DNA from: Antedon mediterranea
Taxonomy: Eukaryota; Animalia; Echinodermata
Assembly: GCF_964355755.1 (NCBI RefSeq)
Contig: NC_092670.1
Span: 5,384,201 to 5,448,200 of the forward strand
Reading direction: 5' to 3'
Length of the DNA: 64,000 nucleotides
Positions within the stretch are counted from its first letter, which is position 1. Every line of letters begins with the position of its first letter. This document shows, piece by piece, positions 12,700 through 24,094 of the stretch. The notes beneath the pieces were generated by a model that saw only the letters and a list, made by a program, of their open reading frames with translations, was not told the origin of the DNA and did no database searches. Both the position numbers and the translations under genes were made by a program.

Positions 12700-13249
12700 A
12701 GATGTATTGTCCCTTGGAACACAAAAAAATGAAGGTCAAAATATTCTAAATTTAAATTGGCTATATCAAAGTAATATTAAAGTTATTCACTTTAAGTCCA
12801 AAATTCGAGCCAAAAACAACAAGTTTACGTAATTAACAGGTAAAAATAGTTTGATTACATTTCGTCTGAAAAATCGTCACGAGCTAAAGTAAACAAAGAT
12901 TTCAAACCACGAGTATGCATTTAATTGCATATGCTAATTTGGATTGTTTACAACTCGATCGTCAATGTTGAGAAGGTGTTTTCACACAGATCGCAAGGAA
13001 GTTTATGATTATGCATACAGAGTAGCCAAACAAGCGCGTTCCATTATGGGACATGTTTTGATCGAAAACTTTGACTGGAAGTCAAAGTTATTTTTTGAAC
13101 AAAAAAACGTCTGTATTTCAGTTAAATGATTTTTTTTCCGACTAATTTTTGGTGAAAGTTAATAACTATTATGATCCTTCAAAATGACCCACTTTTTTTC
13201 GAAATCTTTTTTTTTTTTTTTTTTTTTTTTTCAAAGTGACAATACATCT
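12700..13249. mobile_element. Kolobok-like non-autonomous DNA transposon (MITE), copy 1
   Basis: TTAA TSD at 12696-12699 and 13250-13253, TIR AGATGTATTGTC...GACAATACATCT. TTAA with AG..CT termini fits Kolobok rather than piggyBac (CC termini). Nearly collinear with 16470-17005. Confidence 0.85.
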
Positions 13250-13399
13250 TTAATTATTGTTGACACATGAGTTGAAATTTCGTTTTTTTTTAAATTTAGC
13301 ATAGTATATTTCTTAGTTGTGTGTCCGCCCGCTTTTTAACAGCCCTAGAAGGAAATTCCACATAAAGGTTTTATTTTTGTTTTTTAACTTCGGTATCAG

Positions 13400-14400
13400 C
13401 GTTCCAACAAAGCTTCCACTTTTATACCAACAATGAGTACCATCCTCCAATGAAATTTAGAGTAGGCCTATTGATGGACAGACGTTAATTCAGTCAGATA
13501 GATAAGAATAAAAAAATGGAAATAACTCCTGACTTTTATCACGGAAGGTTTCAGCTTCTCCACCGTTAGCATGTGTGTTATGTCATCGGTTACAAAAGTG
13601 ATCTGAGTTTGAATTTAAAGATTGGTGTTCTATGTTCAAGCTGAAAATTAAGACCATATATCTAAAGGTTAACAGATTCAAGGACAGGACAAACGTTGTC
13701 AGTATAACAAAAAAGCGTTTTAGCAAAGTATCCGGATTTTGTTAAAAATCAAAACGGGAAAAAATTGAAGGATACCAAGTTTACTGGAGAAAACCAAACG
13801 CAACTCCTAATTATTCTCTGTGCACTAAAAGCACGAAATGAAAAAGACTGTAACGTTTTGAGGACCTTAATCGAGAAAGTAAACAGTATAGTGAGTTAGC
13901 CTCTTGCTTCACCGACAGTTATGTTGTTAAAGAAGACGGTATAAATCACTTTATTTATGAGTCTATATACCACACCACTAACGAACCTGCTATTATTGCA
14001 GAGGGAATAAATGTATTTTACGTACCGTTGCCAATAATATAATGTTTAACCTTCCATTTACTGATGTTGATCCATGTTCGTATTCTTTTTCTGTTCCGCA
14101 TAACGTTAGTTAGGACTACCGATTTGTTTTAAATGAATATAATTTCTTTCTACAAATAATACTGGGTCCTATAAATCTGGGAGTCTCCCCACTTATTCCA
14201 CACGTGCAATCAAGCCCACGACTGAGCTGGATCCACAGAGGTATGGAGGTAAAGTCCGGGGTAAAGTCATTGGTTCAGTCTCTTTTCATTGATCTTTAGA
14301 AAAGCTTTCGACCTTGTTGTTGATTATAGTATTACATAAACTTCCCTATTTAGTAGGCTATTAATGGCTTATTATCTGAATCGGTTATAGTGGTTCACAT
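13400..14400 (+). mobile_element. Highly degenerate LINE reverse transcriptase remnant
   Basis: 14282-14345 reads, across a frameshift, LFID/FRKAFDLV..., the RT motif D(F/L)xKAFD. Boundaries are approximate. Confidence 0.55.
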
Positions 14401-15469
14401 CATACCTTTCTGGACGTTATCAACATGTCTTTTAAAATTCAACAATATCTTCACCTCAAAATGTTAATTAGAGCTGTTACTAATGGTTAAAGCATGTACT
14501 AAATTAATAATAATGCATTTTATTTCCTGAAATCCGACATGAATTTTGCAAAAGAAATTATATACACTATACACATATATTTTAATTTTTTTTTAGTCCC
14601 AAGGTGTATTTTTATTGTATAATTTTTTACTCATAGTGAATGATAATTTTATAAATGTATATAATATATAATAATATTTATTTCCACAAATAATAGAGCA
14701 AAATACAGAGTAGCATAATAAATAAACAACCGATAATGAACATATATAATGCAAGAAAAGAAATATATAAGTGGAAAATATAGTTTTCATAACTAAGCTA
14801 AAACGCCCTTGTGAAAATATACCTCTGGTTAGTGTTGTACCACCAATGTCTAAATAAAGTTGTTATTATTATAATTAATTTTATATACGGTAATACAGGT
14901 GAAAGAAAGTATTTTGTTATATTCTTGAGATTAAAATGAGTAGGCCTACTACTATTACAGGTCAAAGGTCAATAAACTTATTCTTGGTCATTTTCTTGGA
15001 AAAGTTCTGAATAGAAACCAATTAATTTGAGATCTATCTACGGAGTTATACATGTACGTCAAAGGTAAAAAATGCCCAAAGTTCGGGTCATTTTTGGACA
15101 ACGTTTCCATAAGAACGAATATTATTATGTATTCTCCAAATAATCTGACACTAACATTATTTCATTCAATTTTGTTTTCAATGGGTTAAAATATTCAAAT
15201 GTAAATAAAAAATGTAGTATTACAAAATCAAAACATCAAAATAAAAGAAATAAAATAATAATATAGTAGATAGTCCGGTACCTAAACAATTCCAGGTAAT
15301 TGAAAAATTATTTACAATACAATAAAAATTATTATTCCAAATCAAAACAAACATTATGATTAATTTGCACTTTCTATTTAGTTCGATAATGGGCCTATTC
15401 ATGTTCATTTACTGCATGTTATAGCCTAGCCTATTCATAATATTTCCTAGAATAACTTTACGTTTCCCT

Positions 15470-15602
15470 ACTCGACGTGCGAGGCGCACTTTAAACTGAG
15501 TAAATGGCGCCCTACTTTTTGCTGTACACGATCGTTCGGAACTCAATCATAACTTCTTTTTCTGCAGATTTTTATGGGTTTCACTTTGAAACAAAGGTAA
15601 GA
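15470..15602 (+). promoter_or_regulatory. Putative promoter and non-coding first exon of the plus-strand ZNF locus
   Basis: CpG-containing patch, YY1-like AAATGGCG at ~15503, strong donor AAAG|GTAAGA at 15597, and a TAGGCCTA cluster just downstream. Confidence 0.5.
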
Positions 15603-16469
15603 TTTATTTTGATTTCTAAATCTATCCTATAGGCGGCTATACTGTACTTTCTAGGCTAAGAATCGTGACGATTCAGGATGATCCGATCGCCACTCACCCA
15701 ACCAGCCAGCCGCGCTGGACTGCACAGCCGATGCTTGGCTTGATGTGGCTGTCTGTGAGAGCACTCCCTGGTGTGAGAGTGTCTGTGAAGTCTGCCTTGC
15801 TGACTAATATAAAAGTCTGTACCTTGGCAGAGACCAGGTAACCGTTTGTATACTACTCTGTACTAGGCCTAGGTAGGCTAGGCCTATTTATATTAATAAT
15901 AAACAGGCTGTCTGGATCAGGGGGATCTTGCCGTCGTATGTATTCCAGAATCGAATGAATGATTCAGTAGTGAATGGAAATAATGCATTTGATCTTCACA
16001 ATAATAATTGATATTAATAGAATAGTAACGAAATTAATACATTCATCATCCGTGTACTGTACAGGGATTACGGTCGAAGCGGCCGCCAACTAAAGCGGCC
16101 GCTAGTTCAATAACGGTAATCTGTATGGAACGCCGTGTGCGCTTTGATTGTCGTTGTTTTGTAATCTTTGATTGTCATTGTTTCAACAGGTTTTCTTTAC
16201 CTCGGACGTAAATAACAATCTACATTATTATGTAACTTTTTCTCTTTTTTTTACAGATTGAATGTGATACGCGTACGTTCTTTTAAACGAAATGGCGAAT
16301 CGATGATTACTTATTTTAACTGTTCTAAATGATATGTTTAATAAAGTCTATAAAATACATTGGGGTGTTTATATTGTATATTAATATAATATAATAATAA
16401 GCCCATTATTAAGAATTATATATAAATAAACCAATCAATAAAGTATATCAAAATATATAAATATATTAA

Positions 16470-17005
16470 AGATGTATTGTCCCTTGAAACACAAAAAATG
16501 AAAAAAAAAAAATTCTAAATTTAAATTGGCCATATCAAAGTAATATTAAAGTTATTCACTTTAAGTCGAAAATTCGAGCCAAAAACAGCAGTTTACGTAA
16601 TTAACAGGTAAATTAAATAGATTACATTTCGTCTGAGAAATCGTCGCAAGCGAAAGTAAACAAAGATTTCAAACCATGAGTATGCATTATGCATGATGCT
16701 AATTAGGATTGTTTACAACTTGAGAAGGTGTTTTCACACAGATTGCGAGGAAGTTTTATGATTATGCATACAGAGTAGCCAAACAAGCGCATTGCATTAT
16801 GGGATATGTTTTGATTGAAAACTTTGACTGGAAGTCAAAGTTATTCTTTGAACAAAAAAACATCTGTATTTCGGTTAAATTATTTTTTTTTAGACTAATT
16901 TTTGGTGAAAGTTAATAACTATTATGATACTTCAAAATGACCCACTTTTTTTCGAAATTAAAAAAAAAATTTTTTTGGGGAATTAGTCAAAGGGACAATA
17001 CATCT
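16470..17005. mobile_element. Kolobok-like MITE, copy 2 (nested)
   Basis: TTAA TSD at 16466-16469 and 17006-17009, TIR AGATGTATTGTCCCTT/AAGGGACAATACATCT. Same family as 12700-13249. Confidence 0.88.
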
Positions 17006-17377
17006 TTAATAATTAAAAATATTTGTTATTGTATATTAATTAATTAGTAAAGTAACTAGTAGTGTTCGCAATCATAATTTAATTACAATAACATGATGAC
17101 AGCAATTTATTTAATATTCTACACTATTTTATTACTTCAGATATTTAAATATTGATCAATTGAAAATGAGTTTTAAATACTAAAATAAGATGAAAGTGTC
17201 TGTTTGATACGGTAATTAATTACGCGAATTTCTGCTAATAACTCGACTGACGGCCAGCAATAGTGCTGCTGCACATTAGGTGCGCGTCCCATGTTGCTTT
17301 ATTGAAAACACAAACAATGTATTACAATGGAATAACACTTAAATGTATAACACACCCTATTACTAATAATAAAAACC

Positions 17378-18296
17378 AAGATTCGATAGTACCTGTAAAT
17401 GAGAATTATAATAAATATTCGGCAATACCGTACGTAAATTATTATTGCAATACTGTATAAAGATTCGATAGTATGTAAACAAGATATAAATATTCGGCAA
17501 TACCGTACGTAAATTATTAATGCAATACTGTATAAAGATTCGATAGTATGTAAACAAGATATAAATATTCGGCAATACCGTACATAAATTATTATTTAAT
17601 GCAATACTGTATAAAGATTCGATTAAGTCTGTAAATGAGATATCAAGATTCGGCAATACCGTACGTAAATTATTAATGCAATATTGTATAAAGATTCGAT
17701 AGTATGTAAAAATGAGATATAAAGATTCGGAAATACCGTACGTAAATTATTAATGCAATACTGTAAAGATTCAATAGTATGTAAACGAGATATAAAGATT
17801 CGGCAATACCGTACGTAAATTATTAATGCAATACTGTATAAAGATTCAATAGTACATATGTCAAATGAGATATCAAGATTCGGCAATACCGTACGTAAAT
17901 TATTAATGCAATACTGTATAAAGATTCGATAGTATGTAAAAATGAGATATAAAGATTCGGCAATACCGTACGTAAATTATTGCAATACTGTATAAAGATT
18001 CAATAGTATGTAAACGAGATATAAAGATTTGGCAATACCGTATACGTAAATTATTAATGCAATACTGTATAAAGATTCGATAGTATATAAACGAGATATA
18101 AATATTCGGCAATACCGTACGTAAATTATTATTGCAATACTGTATAAAGATTCAATAGTATGTAAATGAGATATAAAGATTCGGCAATACCGTACGTAAA
18201 TTATTAATGCAATACTGTATAAAATTCGATAGTATGTAAATGAGATATTAATATTCGGCAATACCGTACGTAAATTATTATTGCAATACTGTATTG
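17378..18296. repeat. ~75-bp minisatellite, about 12 copies
   Basis: Unit AAAGATTCGATAGTATGTAAACAAGATATAAATATTCGGCAATACCGTACGTAAATTATTAATGCAATACTGTAT with small variants. Confidence 0.93.
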
Positions 18297-18443
18297 CAAA
18301 CTTAAATCAACAATCACAATCAAAGATTAAAGCGCACATGGCGTTCCATACAAATGACGATATTAAACTGGCGGCCGCTTTGGTTGGCGGCCGCTTCGAC
18401 CATACTCCCTGTACAGTACCTATTATTATAATATATAAGGTTA

Positions 18444-18606
18444 GAAATTCAACTCTTCCGGACCGGACATCGTTGGTGCTGACCCGATATGTCTGGTTTT
18501 CTAGAAATTCTGGTATTCGGAATGTGTTTTCGTTTCGTTTCGTGGTTATTTGGGAGAGTTTCTGGTTTTAAGAGATTCCGGTATTGGGAATGGGAGAGTT
18601 TACTGT
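18444..18606 (-). mobile_element. Degenerate copy of the pogo/Tigger-like MITE at 43225-43410
   Basis: Reverse complement aligns with 43225-43410 (CTGGTATTCGGAATGTGTTTT, CCGGTATTGGGA..GAGTTTACTG). Confidence 0.6.
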
Positions 18607-20063
18607 GTACATTAAGAAGCAATTCCAAGCAGTTGGCTGCTCTAATGGTTGGTAGAAGATTTGTTGCTCTGGTAGTATCTGGTGGTGTTTAGTAAGTAGG
18701 CCAGCTTGACCTTTCCAGACTACTATTTTAGTATTGATATTATAAAAAGATGGCACCGGAATAGAGGTGTCCCATTCATTAATTTAGTGGGCTAATTTGT
18801 TAGAATACTGCTGCTTTTGTTCTATCTTATCTTTTGTTTGGTGCATTATGTTTAGAAACAGGCAAACGCCCTGCAAAGAGCAGAGTTAAACTAGAATTGA
18901 TTAAAAGTTCCAAGTTATATTATATTTATTCTGATGTTTGCGGTACAGACCACATATATTTAGGTCTGAAAAGAACTATTGAGTTTCTCGATTAAAGTAT
19001 TTTAATCAATTTCACAGCAACGTTGTCAGTGGGTTTGTTGTGGGATTTGTATATATTACAGTATAATATATAAATTATCTCAATTTCCACATTAAATCGA
19101 CGGTACATACTACAGTTCACTTCACCTTTATAGCACAACTGTTCACCATAGTTCCACTTCATCGTCTTCGTAATCAACCACTCATTTACTAAGGTGATTT
19201 CTGCCTATATTCCATGTTTCACAACCCATAGCACCTCCAACTGTTAATGCTGACGTCTACAACTCACAGCACTCCAACTATTAATGCTGACATCTAGGCC
19301 TATGCTTCTTAGCTCTTGAATGGCACTATTAGTATTATAACACAGACAAATATATCCCACAGAAGGAGGTCAGATGTTGTTGTTTTCCTTTGTTTTTACA
19401 ATTGTATCATGTCTTTCCATTCAATCTTAGCTGGATGATAGGTAATATTCTGTTGCATGTACTTAGTGTTATAATAGATTCTTTAGAAGAATACAAGTCT
19501 GCAATGTTGAATATCTTTAAAACTATGTTCATTGGACCAACATTCCTTGCAAACTATATTTTATTTTTATAATTTATTCATTTTTTATTTATTTTTACAT
19601 ACACAATTCTCTCTCTCAGCCAGCAGCAAAGACAATGTGATTGTGTCATGTGATGAGTCATATAAGCTGTAAGCTTTTCAATGACCCAATATCATCAAAC
19701 AAGTACAGTAATAGACACCCGGGCCTCTTTACATAAAACATAATACACCACACACCCTATCATTATCGGGGTGGCTGAAAACAGCACCTGATCCAAAACA
19801 GTAAGATCTTATTTTTTCTTTTCTGTAGGCCTAGGCCTATATGGACAGATCTGCACATACTGTATCAAGTCAAAGCATGGTGATGGAAATGTGAAGAGAG
19901 TTTTGAAAGAAGGCATACTGTACGTTATCTCATTGGTGTGTTGGTGGACAGTTATATGACTTTGTGCTTTTTATTTACACAAAATAGATATTGTAAATAT
20001 ACTGTAATAATACAGTTTAAAAAAAAAACTTTGCACAAGATCGTAGGATTAAACGAAAAAAAC

Positions 20064-23000
20064 ATGAAGTACAAATGTGAACACTGTGGAGATAAATTTG
20101 AATTCAGTGATCTGAAGGTACATTTAGGAATACATACACAGATAGCATTAAAATGTGAACATTACCAACAAGAGACAATATTGTATAATGAAGATGATTT
20201 TAAAACACTTTTTTTAGTAAGAGTAGATAAACAAGACAAAATAAATGAAAATCAACATTGTGGGAGGAATTTGAAAATGAACACAGCTGAGAAATCTTTT
20301 GAATGTGAACATTGTGGGAAGACATTTAAAGAAAGTGGAAATTTAGAAACACATTTGAGAATACATACAAGAGAGACACCATTTGAATGTGAACATTGTG
20401 GGAAGAAATTTAAAGAAAGTAGAAATTTAGAAACACATTTGAGAATACATACAAGAGAGACACCATTTGAATGTGAACATTGTGGGAAGAAATTTAAGGA
20501 TAGTGGAAATTTAGAAACACATTTGAGAATACATACAAGAGAGACACCATTTGAATGTGAACATTGTGGGAAGAAATTTAAAGAAAGTAGAAATTTAGCA
20601 ACACATTTGAGAATACATACAAGAGAGACACCATTTGAATGTGAACATTGTGGGAAGAAATTTAAGGATAGTGGAAATTTAGAAACACATTTGAGAATAC
20701 ATACAAGTGAGACACCATTTGAATGTGAACATTGTGGGAAGAAATTTAAAGAAAGTGGACATTTGAAAACACATTTGAGAATACATACAAAAGAGACACC
20801 ATTTGAATGTGAGCATTGTGGGAAGAAATTTAAAGAAAGTAGAAATTTAGCAACACATTTGAGAATACATACAAGAGAGACACCATTTGAATGTGAACAT
20901 TGTGGGAAGAAATTTAAGGATAGTGGAAATTTAGAAACACATTTGAGAATACATACAAGAGAGACACCATTTGAATGTGAACATTGTGGGAAGAAATTTA
21001 AAGAGAGTGGAAATTTAGAAACACATTTGAGAATACATACAAGAGAGACACTATTTCAATGTGAACTATGTGGGAAGAAATTTAAAGGAAGTGGAAATTT
21101 AAAAAGACATTTGAGAATACATACAAGAGAGACACCATTTGAATGTGAACATTGTGGGAAGAAATTTAAAGAAAGTGGACATTTGAAAACACATTTGAGA
21201 ATACATACAAAAGAGACACCATTTGAATGTGAGCATTGTGGGAAGAAATTTAAAGAAAGTGGACATTTGAAAACACATTTGAGAATACATACAAAAGAAT
21301 CACCATTTGAATGTGAACATTGTGGGAAGAAATTTAAAGAAAGTGGACATTTGAAAACACATTTGAGAATACATACAAAAGAGACACCATTTGAATGTGA
21401 ACATTGTGGGAAGAAATTTAAAGAAAGTGGACATTTGAAAACACATTTGAGAATACATACAAAAGAGACACCATTTGAATGTGAACATTGTGGGAAGAAA
21501 TTTAAAGAAAGTGGACATTTGAAAACACATTTGAGAATACATACAAGAGAGACACCATTTGAATGTGAACATTGTGGGAAGAAATTTAAACAAAAAGGAA
21601 ATTTAAAAACACATTTGAGAATACATACAAAAGAGACACCATTTGAATGTGAACATTGTGGGAAGAAATTTAACCACAAGGGAGATTTCAAAAAGCATTT
21701 GAGAATACACACAGGAGAGACACCATTTGAATGTGAACATTGTGGGAAGAAATTTAAAGAAAGTGGAAATTTAGAAACACATTTGAGAATACATACAAGA
21801 GAGACACCATTTGAATGTGAACATTGTGGGAAGAAATTTAAAGAAAGTAGAAATTTAGAAACACATTTGAGAATACATACAAGAGAGACACCATTTGAAT
21901 GTGAACATTGTGGGAAGAAATTTAAAGAAAGTAGAAATTTAGAAACACATTTGAGAATACATACAGTACAAGAGAGACACCATTTGAATGTGAACATTGT
22001 GGGAAGAAATTTAAAACAAGTGGGAATTTGAAAATTCATTTGAGAATACACACAGTAGATACACCATATGCATGTGAACATTGTGAGAAGAAATTTAAAC
22101 AAAGTGGAAATTTAAAAACACATTTGAGAATACATACAAGAGTTACATCATTTGAATGTGAACATTTTGGGAAGAAATTTAACCACAAGGGAGATTTCAA
22201 AAAGCATTTGAGAATACACACAGGAGAGACACCATTAGAATGTGAACATTGTGGGAAGAAATTTAAATTAAGTGGAAATTTAAAAACACATTTGAGAATA
22301 CATACAAGAGAGACACCACTTGAATGTAAACATTGTGGGAAGAAATTTAAAGAAAGTAGAAATTTAGAAACACATTTGAGAATACATACAAGAGAGACAC
22401 CATTTGAATGTGAACATTGTGGGAAGAAATTTAAACAAAAAGGAAATTTAATAACACATTTGAGAATACATACAAGAGAGACACCATTTGAATGTGAACA
22501 TTGTGGGAAGAAATTTGAAACAAGTGGGAATTTGAAAATTCATTTGAGAATACACACTGGAGAGACACCATTTGAATGTGAACATTGTGGGAAGAAATTT
22601 AAACAAAGTGGAAATTTGAAAATGCATTTGAGAATACACACAGTAGATACACCATATGCATGTCAACATTGTGAGAAGAAATTTAAAGAAAGTGAAAATT
22701 TAAAAATACATTTGAGAATACACATAAGAGAGACACCATTTGAATGTGAACATTGTGGGAAGAAATTTAACCACAAGGGGGATTTCAAAAAGCATTTGAG
22801 AATACACACAGGAGAGACACCATTTGAATGTGAACATTGTGGGAAGAAATTTAAACAAAATGGAAGTTTAGAAAGACATTTGAGAATACATACAAGAGAG
22901 ACACCATATGGATGTGAACATTGTGGGAAGAAATTTAAAGAAAGTGGAAGTTTAAAAAGACATTTGAGAATACATGCAGGAGAGACACCATTTGAATGTG

Positions 23001-23410
23001 AACATTGTGGGAAGAAATTTAAACAAAGTGGAAGTTTAAAAAGACATTTGAGAATACATACAAGAGAGACACCATATGGATGTGAAAATTGTGGGAAGAA
23101 ATTTAAAGAAAGTGGAAGTTTAAAAAGACATTTGAGAATACATACAAGAGAGACACCATATGCATGTGAACATTGTGGGAAGAAATTTGGACAAAGTGGA
23201 AACTTGAAAAAGCATTTAAGAATACACACAGGAGAGACACATTTTGAATGTAAACATTGTGGGAAGAAATTGAACCATAAGGGAGATTTGAAAAAGCATT
23301 TGAGAATACACACAGGATTGAGGTTGAGAATGCACAAAAGAGGGACACCATATAAATGTGAACACGGTGTAAATAAGTTTAAACAAAGTCGGAATTTGAA
23401 AACACATTAG
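20064..23410 (+). pseudogene. Minisatellite-like C2H2 zinc finger array (about 36 near-identical 84-bp fingers), frameshifted at 21962-21968
   Basis: ORFs 19938-22031 and 22028-23410 form one array ([28 protein letters not shown]) separated by a 5-bp insertion. Probable ATG at 20064. It could still encode a ~20-finger protein, so pseudogene status is uncertain. Confidence 0.7.
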
Positions 23411-24094
23411 GCCTATAGAGAAGAGAGACACACCATATGAATGTGAACTTTGTGGAAAGAAATTTAATCTACATAAAGAGTTTTGTGAAATCTGTAATTT
23501 TACCAAAAATTGAAGTTTTCCAACCAAAAAAAGGCAAATTTACAGCAATTTCAATTTTAGTTTTCATAAATTGCCACATTTTATAGTTTTTCTAGTTGAG
23601 AATGATTGCAACAGGTTTTTTGGGAGTGTGAAATCTGTAATTTTCTCAAACCCTACATTGTAAGTTATATAGTGATATAGTTATAGTTTATTAAAAAATC
23701 AAGATTAACATTTTAAATTAGATTTATTTATTATAACATAGTGTAAAAGTTTAAACTGACACCAAATAATCTGAGGGAAGCCATCATTTGATGTTTTGGT
23801 TATACATTACTCTAATGAGCAAAATAATTGTTAGATAAATCGATGTACATCGTATTAAACAATAAATATTAAGATCAATCCATTCTTTATTCTGTGAGGT
23901 CAGCTTCACCATGGCTTCGTGTCTGACTTAATTAAAGTTGTATGACACTTTGGCCATAAGACCTTGTTTCTTCTAGAGAAAATGGTTGAAAATGTGAAAC
24001 ACAGCATAAAATAATTTCTCTTTTTTTTGTTAGGAATGAAGTAACAAGACGATATTTCAAGAAGAGTGAGTTTATTCAGAAAAGAAGAGAGAAA

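Larger units (their letters stand above)
16062..18411. mobile_element. Tc1/mariner (pogo-like) non-autonomous element with ~110-bp TIRs, containing a minisatellite and a nested MITE
   Basis: TA|CAGGGATTACGGTCGAAGCGGCCGCCAACTAAAGCGGCCGC at the left end and its reverse complement ending ...CGACCATACTCCCTG|TA at the right. TA TSD. Confidence 0.85.

Noticed and set aside
12700-13249. piggyBac assignment for the TTAA-flanked MITEs
   Set aside because: Termini are AG..CT rather than the CC..GG typical of piggyBac; Kolobok fits better.
17378-18296. Regularly spaced repeats resembling a CRISPR array, plus short repetitive ORFs
   Set aside because: No unique spacers, no cas genes and a eukaryotic context; it is a minisatellite inside a MITE.
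20064-23410. Calling the array PRDM9
   Set aside because: No PR/SET, KRAB or SSXRD exons are visible, and the finger and linker consensus differs from PRDM9.
21056-23527. Antisense ORFs over the ZF array
   Set aside because: Shadow frames of the 84-bp repeat with no independent coding signal.
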